Source: Candidatus Enteromonas sp. (GTDB lineage Bacteria; Bacillota_I; Bacilli_A; RFN20; CAG-826). From it: a stretch of 64,000 nt of DNA. The stretch lies in NCBI GenBank assembly GCA_034089705.1, contig JAXDTZ010000014.1, forward strand, positions 28,819 to 92,818. The letters are read 5' to 3'. The position numbers and the translations under genes were made by a program. This document shows positions 57,846-64,000 of the stretch, in pieces (position 1 is the first letter of the stretch; every line of letters begins with the position of its first letter). The notes beneath the pieces are model-generated. The model did not search any database and was not told where the DNA came from. It was given only the letters and a program-made list of their open reading frames with translations.

Positions 57846-60673
57846 GGTTCCTCCAAGAAGAGGAGAGCGCAAAGGCCGACGGCTTTGCTGGAGAGTAGCC
57901 TCCCGGAAGCGCAAAAGGCCTTCATTTCTCCGGATTTGGATTTTAAAGAAAGGTCAAACGCGTCGAATTCTTCCGTTTTCCCTTCCGGGACCTCCTTCTT
58001 TTGGAGGCGCGAAAGAATCTCTTTCCCTTGTTCTGGGCAAAGGGAGAGGAAGTCTTCGTTGCGTTGGAGGAAATCGGATTCCCCTTCAAATCCAAGAGCG
58101 GTCCAAAGGTATTCGTTGGAATAGATGATCGATCCATCCCCTAGAGCGGAGAAATAGAGGATTCCTCCGGGGATGTTGGAAAGGAAATCCGCGCGTTCGT
58201 AGACCGAAGATACGTCGCGGAACAAAGCGAAATAAACCTCGGATTCCCCTTCGTTTTTGAGGTAATGGGTTTCCACGTTCAACACGATGGGCTTTTTCGG
58301 GGTTTGGAAGCGGATGGCGGCGGATCTCCCATTCTGGAAGAAGAGAGAAGCGAACTGCTCGCGGTCTTCTTCGCTGCAGCCGATTTTCGAGAAATCCCCA
58401 ATCGAAGGATCCCCTTCGTTCCAATCAAGGGAAAGGAGGCGCACGAAGGTGAGATTGGCGCTGGTTAGGCGGACTTCCCCTTCCCGTTTTTCGAAGAAGG
58501 CGATGGGGCCAACGAGGGAAGCCACCGCTTCGTCGGGATAATCGACGTCGATGAGGATTCTCGCCACGTCGCTTCGGCGGAGGCGGTGGAAGGGCAATTC
58601 AAACAGAGCGTTTTTCCTCGGTTCGTAGGCTTCCATCAAGGCCTCGAATTCGTTTTCGGGCAAAGGGAGGGAGAAATAGAACCCTTGGATAACGTCGCAC
58701 CCGCTGCCGCGGAGGAAGAGGAATTGTTCGCGGGTTTCCACCCCTTCGGCGATGACCGTCATCCCCAAATCCTGAGCCAAATCCATGACGTGGGTCAACG
58801 TGATTTCCGCGCGGGGGTTTCCGATCAAATCGATGAGGGATTTGTCGATTTTGATCACGTCGAAATGGAGGATGTCCATGGAGTAGAGCGAAGAATACCC
58901 GGCTCCGAAATCGTCCATGTCGAGGACGAATCCTTTTTGGTAGAGGGCATCCGCAAAATCCTTGACGTCTCGAGAAGAGATGGCCGCGGTTTCGGTGATT
59001 TCCAAGGGGACGAGGTTCAGCGGGACCCCATATTCTTTGGCGATTTGGCTATAGACTTCCGCGACGGGAAATTGGAACAAGGTGTTTCGCGACAGATTGA
59101 CCGAGATGGGAAAGAGTTTTCTCCCCAAGGCGATGTTCTTGGCTTGGAAAGCGCAGACGGCGGAGAAGACATAACGATCCATCGCGATGATTCGTTCGTC
59201 GCGTTCGAATACCTTGATGAATTCGGTCGGGGAGAGGATTTCCCCGTTCTTGATCCAGCGAACCAAGGCTTCCGCGCCAAAGAGTTCTCCTGTTTTGGCG
59301 GTGTATTTCGGTTGGTAATACAAAACGAATTCTCGGTTTTCGATGCCGGATTCGAAATCCTCTTGGAATTTGAGTTCGCGAAACAGATCGTCTTGCATCG
59401 TCGGGGAATACACCGCGGCGGCAATGGGGGTTTTCCCGTTCAAGGAAGAAAGGGCCAAACGCCCCCGATTGATGGCTTCGTTGAGGGAAATGCCTGCGGG
59501 GAGGCTCTTCACGATGCCGAACCGGAAATGGAGGTTCCGCAAGGGGGCGTGAAGGGTTATTCGATCTTTGGATTCTTCGATGGTTTGGAGCGAGATGCGG
59601 TCATTGGAATGGGCCAACAGGCAAATCCGATCCCCTTCGTAGCGCCCGACGAAGATGGCTCCGGGGGTGAGGTAGCAGCATTTGGCGAGGTATTGGATCA
59701 CCGCGTCTCCGCTAGAAAGGCCGTAGACGTTATTGATCGTTTTGAGATCCACGATGTCGGCGAGGATCAAATCCAACGCCTCGTCTTTGGCGGAAGAGAG
59801 ATAGTGTTCCGCTTTCGTGACGAAAGCTTGGCGGGTGAGGATTCCCGTGAGTTCGTCCCGTTCGAGGGAAGTGATCTTGTTCTCCTCTTGTTGGATCAGC
59901 ACGATATTGCGGGCGAATCGAACGATGGCCTCTTCGCTTCGGGAAGAGGGTTCGGCGCAGATGGCCCCGAAAGAAGAAAGGAGAGAAACTTGTTCTTCGG
60001 TTTGGGAATCCAAATAGCAAAGGACAGGCAGGTTATTTAGTAGCGGGCATTGGCTTTTGTGGCGGATGAAGCGATAGATGTCCTCGGTAAGGGAAGGGGC
60101 GAAGAAAAGGAAGGCGGAATATTTGTTGTGGTCTTTTTCGATTTGACGGAAGGACTCCTGGGTGAGTTCGAAGGGAGTCACTTCAAAGGATTGCTTCAAA
60201 AAAGAACTGACGGGGACGAGATGGGAGTCATAGACGAGCAGGGATTGTTCGTTTCCCCCAAAGCCGGTGAGGCGGCTGAGGGAACGCGAAAGGACGTAGG
60301 AATCTTCATAGCCGAAACCCACGATCGCCTTTTTGGAGTCGTCTCCTTTCCGGACGGCTTTGGCCTTGATGAAATGGATGCCGTCATCTTTTACAATGCG
60401 GTAATGCAGGGTGAAGGTGGGGACTTCGGAGATCAGGGCTAGGCAGTTCTTGGGATCGAACGAAGCGAGGAATTTTTCCTTGTCCCCGGGATAGACGATG
60501 CGTTCCGCGTATTCGTAAACGAAGGAAGAGAGGTCGCTTTTTTGGCCATCTTGGTGCAAGGGGCTTTGATTTCCTTTCACAAAAGTGAACGAAAGCGTCT
60601 CGAAATCGACTTCGACGACATCCTCGAAATCCAACGAGAGATAACAAGAAGGGGACATGTTCTGGGAATCCAT
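57833..60673 (-). CDS. PAS - degenerate GGDEF - EAL - PAS-PAS c-di-GMP phosphodiesterase
   Basis: ~946 aa; GGDEF motif degenerated to RYEGDRI; intact EAL signatures (AEALVRW, EITETAA, DMDDFGAGYSS, EGVETREQ, QGFYFS); PAS-like segments at both ends; track ORF starts at upstream TTG 60691. Confidence 0.85.
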   Translation of the reverse strand: MDSQNMSPSCYLSLDFEDVVEVDFETLSFTFVKGNQSPLHQDGQKSDLSSFVYEYAERIVYPGDKEKFLASFDPKNCLALISEVPTFTLHYRIVKDDGIHFIKAKAVRKGDDSKKAIVGFGYEDSYVLSRSLSRLTGFGGNEQSLLVYDSHLVPVSSFLKQSFEVTPFELTQESFRQIEKDHNKYSAFLFFAPSLTEDIYRFIRHKSQCPLLNNLPVLCYLDSQTEEQVSLLSSFGAICAEPSSRSEEAIVRFARNIVLIQQEENKITSLERDELTGILTRQAFVTKAEHYLSSAKDEALDLILADIVDLKTINNVYGLSSGDAVIQYLAKCCYLTPGAIFVGRYEGDRICLLAHSNDRISLQTIEESKDRITLHAPLRNLHFRFGIVKSLPAGISLNEAINRGRLALSSLNGKTPIAAAVYSPTMQDDLFRELKFQEDFESGIENREFVLYYQPKYTAKTGELFGAEALVRWIKNGEILSPTEFIKVFERDERIIAMDRYVFSAVCAFQAKNIALGRKLFPISVNLSRNTLFQFPVAEVYSQIAKEYGVPLNLVPLEITETAAISSRDVKDFADALYQKGFVLDMDDFGAGYSSLYSMDILHFDVIKIDKSLIDLIGNPRAEITLTHVMDLAQDLGMTVIAEGVETREQFLFLRGSGCDVIQGFYFSLPLPENEFEALMEAYEPRKNALFELPFHRLRRSDVARILIDVDYPDEAVASLVGPIAFFEKREGEVRLTSANLTFVRLLSLDWNEGDPSIGDFSKIGCSEEDREQFASLFFQNGRSAAIRFQTPKKPIVLNVETHYLKNEGESEVYFALFRDVSSVYERADFLSNIPGGILYFSALGDGSIIYSNEYLWTALGFEGESDFLQRNEDFLSLCPEQGKEILSRLQKKEVPEGKTEEFDAFDLSLKSKSGEMKAFCASGRLLSSKAVGLCALLFLEEPWNR

Positions 60674-60705
60674 AGCACAAGAAAAATCCAACGATAAAAG
60701 TATAC

Positions 60706-60724
60706 CCTATATTTCAAATATAGG
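60706..60724. promoter_or_regulatory. perfect 19-bp palindrome CCTATATTT-C-AAATATAGG in the divergent promoter region
   Basis: 9-bp arms around a single central C; 33-51 nt upstream of the GGDEF-EAL ATG; contains TATA-like -10 candidates on both strands. Confidence 0.4.
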
Positions 60725-60893
60725 AATTCGAAAATGATTCTTTTTTCTTGCGCCGAGGAATCCAAAACCCTTCTCCTTTTCGAAACAGAGGATCGATTCA
60801 TTGCCAAAAAACAAAAAAGAATGGGGACAGGTATGCGAATTCGGGGGATTTTGGCAAACGAAAGAAGAAAGGAATAATGAAACGGAAAGGAAA

Positions 60894-61400
60894 ATGGATT
60901 ACAATCCTTGCATGTTCCACATCGTCCTCGTTGAACCGGAAATCCCGCAAAACACCGGGAATATCATTCGCTCCATCGCCGCGACGGGCGCAATGCTCCA
61001 TTTGATTGAACCCTTGGGATTCCAAATGGACGAAAAGCACCTAAGACGCGCGGGACTCGATTATTTCCCTTTGGCGAAAATCCTCATTCACCCTAGTTTT
61101 GAAGAATACGAGGCGCGTTATCCGGAATCCCGGAAGTTCTTCTTCTCTTCTCACGCGACCCAAAGTTTTACGGAAGTGTCTTACCAAGACGGCGACCATT
61201 TGGTGTTTGGTAAGGAATCCGTGGGATTGTCCAAAGAAATCGTGGAACGTTATTCATCAAATCTCGTTCGCATCCCCATGAAAAAGGAAGCCCGTTGCAT
61301 CAACCTCTCGAACGCGGTCGCGGTGGGTTTGTTTTTCGCTTTGTATCAAAATGGGTTTCCAGGCCTAGAATCTTCTTCCCCTGACCCTTATTTGCCCTAG
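60894..61400 (+). CDS. trmL: tRNA (cytidine/uridine-2'-O-)-methyltransferase TrmL (SpoU-TrmD class)
   Basis: MFHIVLVEPEIPQNTGNIIRSIAATG closely matches the TrmL N-terminus; ATG 60894 (or 60912) preferred over the long TTG-initiated track ORF. Confidence 0.85.
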   Translation: MDYNPCMFHIVLVEPEIPQNTGNIIRSIAATGAMLHLIEPLGFQMDEKHLRRAGLDYFPLAKILIHPSFEEYEARYPESRKFFFSSHATQSFTEVSYQDGDHLVFGKESVGLSKEIVERYSSNLVRIPMKKEARCINLSNAVAVGLFFALYQNGFPGLESSSPDPYLP

Positions 61401-61729
61401 TCCCCTCGATGAAGGGAAACTTCTTTGGAAAATCCGTTCGGGAATCGATGAGATAGTTTTTCGATGTTTTTATCGAAGATTTCCTCCAAGGGAATCTCCA
61501 AATAGGTGGCGAGTTCGGCGAGATACCAAGCGACGTCTCCGAGTTCTTCCACTATTTTTTCTTTTGAAAGAGGATGGCCCTGCGCGAGGTGTTTTTTCAC
61601 GAGGTCGATCACCTCGCCGGATTCCCCGCATAACCCCATGACCCCGTTGATGAGCAGGTCGTTCCCGGTGAGTTCGGGGTTGATGAATTTTTTGGCTTCT
61701 TCTTGGTACTTATTGGGTTTCATTGGCAT
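61397..61729 (-). CDS. small MazG-like nucleotide pyrophosphohydrolase
   Basis: 110 aa; EELGDVAWYL EExxE/D metal-binding helix typical of the MazG/YpjD all-alpha NTP-PPase fold; convergent CTAG stop overlap with trmL. Confidence 0.72.
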   Translation of the reverse strand: MPMKPNKYQEEAKKFINPELTGNDLLINGVMGLCGESGEVIDLVKKHLAQGHPLSKEKIVEELGDVAWYLAELATYLEIPLEEIFDKNIEKLSHRFPNGFSKEVSLHRGD

Positions 61730-61862
61730 TCCTCATCGAAATTTTGATTCTTCTTCCCCTTGGATGCAAGGGGATATGGGGAAAAGGCAATAGCCAAACA
61801 ACCAAAGGAAGGCAACTCGATAAAGGAGATGTCGAAAAGGAGCCTCAGGTAAAAGAGAATGC

Positions 61863-62792
61863 CTAGTTGCTTAAGCGATATGTACCAAATTTGAAAACTT
61901 TATCTTCCACATTCGTTTGGCTTTCGCCATGATGGTACAGTCCATCGATGACTATTGCCCCATCCGTTAATTCAAAATTGCCTCGTAGATAAAAAACTGG
62001 CGGGTAATCGCTAGAAAACGTCATATCGTATTTGTCGCGGTCTTCGCGCCTTATGTGCTCATAGGGGTCATGGTCAATATAAAGATATATTGTCTTTTTA
62101 TCAGCGGAAGTCCAGTAGACTCCTTCCACCACTTCATCTCCGTTTTTATATTGAAATAAAGCGTGAATATAGGGTTTCGGTATGACGCATGTCATAGATA
62201 CATTTTCATCTAATGAATATGTTCCTTCCGGGATCTGATATTGTTTTGCGTATTTGTAATTATCTTGATCCCGTTTATGTTCTTTGCCTTCTAGAACATA
62301 GGTTCCCAGTTTATAGGGGAGCTCGCTGATTCTATATACATGCGTATAGATTCTCCCATCATTCATGCCTTCGTATCTTTCTTCTTTGATGGTCGTAAAT
62401 TGGGTGAAATCGGTCTCGAAATCATCTACATAGGTATAAAGCCAGTCTTTCTTTTCCGCGCCGTCTCTAGATAAAACAAAATTGACCGTAAAAGTATTTG
62501 CGCCATCATTTGGGTCATAAACGACTCGATAATGGCCTTCATATTTATCTTGACCATCTTCCACATATTTAAATGACATGGCGTCTTTGCTTCCGTCAAA
62601 TTCAAAGAAAGTATCCGATTGATCTTTCAATATCCATTTGCCGGTTGATGAATCAAGCTCTTCATCGTATTCGATGGTGCTATCGCTTTGATTTGCAGTT
62701 CCGTTAAATAAGCCGCATGCGGTTAATGAAAAGCTAGTCAAAAGGCAAAAAGCAGAAGAGAGAATAGTTACTACCTTATTACGCACAATCAA
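61863..62792 (-). CDS. lipoprotein (309 aa) encoded in a low-GC segment
   Basis: signal peptide with lipobox SLTACG; AT-rich codon usage unlike the rest of the window; no linker or module shared with the main lipoprotein array. Confidence 0.7.
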   Translation of the reverse strand: MIVRNKVVTILSSAFCLLTSFSLTACGLFNGTANQSDSTIEYDEELDSSTGKWILKDQSDTFFEFDGSKDAMSFKYVEDGQDKYEGHYRVVYDPNDGANTFTVNFVLSRDGAEKKDWLYTYVDDFETDFTQFTTIKEERYEGMNDGRIYTHVYRISELPYKLGTYVLEGKEHKRDQDNYKYAKQYQIPEGTYSLDENVSMTCVIPKPYIHALFQYKNGDEVVEGVYWTSADKKTIYLYIDHDPYEHIRREDRDKYDMTFSSDYPPVFYLRGNFELTDGAIVIDGLYHHGESQTNVEDKVFKFGTYRLSN

Positions 62793-63091
62793 AGCCTCCT
62801 TCTTTTGGCTTTCATTTTAAATTTTCAATGCCGTTTTTACTACTCTTATTCCATGAGTGTCTTTGTCTTCCGACGCAGCGGACGCGTGGAAAGGAATCGA
62901 GCCAATGGCAATCCCTCTTTTTTTCGGCCGTATGCGCTAAAAAAAGAAAAGTCGTGGCTTTGGGCGGAATAAGCCCCTGATTTCCGTATCAAGGGCTAGA
63001 TTCTAAAATTGTTTGTAAATAACAATATAAAATAGATAGGCTAAATGCCCTAGGTGTAACAACAAATTTGATCCACTGGTGGAAGATAAGA

Positions 63092-63520
63092 TTAAATTAG
63101 GGTTAATAAATAGCCCAGTATTGGTCCAATGAATATTGCGATATAGATTAGAGTGATCCATGGTTGATATTCAACGTAGAATTGCTTGAATGTCAAACTC
63201 CACGGATGCTTGATAATCACCCAGCCAAAAACATCGAATACAATACAAATCGAAACCCATATTGCTCCAGTAATGAATGCTTCTGCTATTGTTGGATTGG
63301 ATAATCCGTTCATGTAGATGAATCCAAACACTGTGAAAATGACAATATTGTACAAAGGATGCCATGGTTTGGTTTTCTCATATCCTTCTCCCATGGACTC
63401 TTTATCCATTGGTTTCATATGGAGAACGTAAATATTGAATATTGTATGAAGCATTCCAATTAATGTGACAATGATATAGGCAATCCAAAACCATAGCATT
63501 GAGAGTCCGAAATCTTGCAT
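63092..63520 (-). CDS. small integral membrane protein (142 aa, 4 TM), low-GC
   Basis: GGGAGG RBS 9 nt upstream of ATG 63520; four hydrophobic helices. Confidence 0.6.
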   Translation of the reverse strand: MQDFGLSMLWFWIAYIIVTLIGMLHTIFNIYVLHMKPMDKESMGEGYEKTKPWHPLYNIVIFTVFGFIYMNGLSNPTIAEAFITGAIWVSICIVFDVFGWVIIKHPWSLTFKQFYVEYQPWITLIYIAIFIGPILGYLLTLI

Positions 63521-63561
63521 TATTTACAACCTCCCGATAGCCATTTTATTTACCCAGTGTT

Positions 63562-63894
63562 TTATAGTCCCGTCATTTTCCAAGATGCGAATATATTTTT
63601 GAATTGAAGTTTATTTAAGCCTAGAATTGCGATTAACTCCATAGTCGTAATATTAGGATTATTTCTCATTTCCGATACAATTCTATTCATATTTAATCGC
63701 GACTTGTTCACTTTTTGCTCACTTTCTTGCTCGCTTTCTTGCTCGCTTTTGGATGTTTTGCGAGCAACAACACGATTATATTTTATCGAAACTTTTATAT
63801 AATCGGGTCCAAAATAGAAAGCGTCTTTGCCATAAGCGTCAACAATTAGACTTGACCGTCTCGGAATGGCATTCCGAAAAGTACCGGAAACCAA
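63562..63894 (-). CDS. hypothetical protein with C-terminal winged-helix/HTH-like segment and internal SEQE repeat
   Basis: 110-aa ORF; C-terminal NPNITTMELIAILGLNKLQ resembles a wHTH recognition region; start codon uncertain. Confidence 0.45.
   Translation of the reverse strand: MVSGTFRNAIPRRSSLIVDAYGKDAFYFGPDYIKVSIKYNRVVARKTSKSEQESEQESEQKVNKSRLNMNRIVSEMRNNPNITTMELIAILGLNKLQFKNIFASWKMTGL
63715..63750 (-). repeat. three tandem copies of a 12-nt unit (TTGCTCRCTTTY) inside the 63562..63894 ORF
   Basis: ttgctcactttc / ttgctcgctttc / ttgctcgctttt on the + strand; encodes SEQESEQESEQK in-frame. Confidence 0.6.
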
Positions 63895-64000
63895 CGGTTT
63901 ATTGTTTTTTGAAAAAATTAATCATTGCTCTTTAATGCTGCATATTCCTCTTCCAAACTTAAAACAAAGGACTCATTAGGGTAAAGATGTAAATCAAAAT

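Noticed and set aside
61751-61773. Hairpin CCCCTT-GGATGC-AAGGGG upstream of the MazG-like gene as a terminator
   Set aside because: Neither strand has a U-tract after the stem. More likely a 5'-UTR structure or coincidence, so not reported as a terminator.
63715-63750. CRISPR-like or phase-variable repeat
   Set aside because: Only three 12-nt units, lying inside an ORF and in-frame (12 nt = 4 codons), so length changes would not shift the frame. No spacer structure, and no other repeat arrays anywhere in the window.
1-64000. Mollicute genetic code (TGA = Trp), considered because of the lipoprotein-rich, mycoplasma-like locus organisation
   Set aside because: Many well-conserved genes here terminate at TGA at the expected homologous C-terminus (for example the ABC ATPase, L7Ae, ylxR, truB, rbfA), so TGA is a stop and the standard code applies.

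Overview
This window looks like a high-GC (about 55-60% by eye) Bacillota-like chromosome segment that uses the standard genetic code; TGA is used as a stop in many genes, so it is not code 4. I found no rRNA, tRNA or CRISPR array.

The first ~30 kb is a dense, almost entirely minus-strand housekeeping block. It carries a type I pullulanase, ftsK, RNase J, a YfcE-like phosphoesterase, a GlpA-like FAD dehydrogenase with an oxidoreductase and a DUF1667 protein, a spermidine-synthase-like protein, pnp-rpsO, typA, truB-ribF, a TtcA-like PP-loop ATPase, bcp-yaaA, and the Bacillus-type rimP-nusA-ylxR-L7Ae-infB-rbfA operon. A translationally coupled envelope operon follows (unknown protein, lipoprotein metallophosphoesterase, polytopic membrane protein), then a sugar-phosphate nucleotidyltransferase and a further membrane protein.

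From 30.9 to 53.9 kb a leaderless ABC-2 type exporter (ATPase plus two permeases) is followed by nine consecutive lipoprotein genes. These include two ~1,185-aa tandem paralogs, a BspA-like LRR protein with Listeria-Bacteroides repeats, and four proteins that share a recurrent ~85-aa module. This is the most unusual part of the window and my best candidate for an undescribed surface system.

From 54 to 60.7 kb there is a c-di-GMP signalling cluster: a stand-alone Hpt, a REC-HD-GYP-GGDEF protein, rubredoxin, TcdA, and a PAS-degenerate GGDEF-EAL-PAS protein. It is followed by trmL and a small MazG-like gene.

The last ~2.2 kb drops sharply in GC. It encodes an unrelated lipoprotein, a small membrane protein and an HTH-like protein containing an in-frame 12-nt tandem repeat, which suggests foreign DNA. 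Coordinates are from hand translation and may be off by 1-2 nt.
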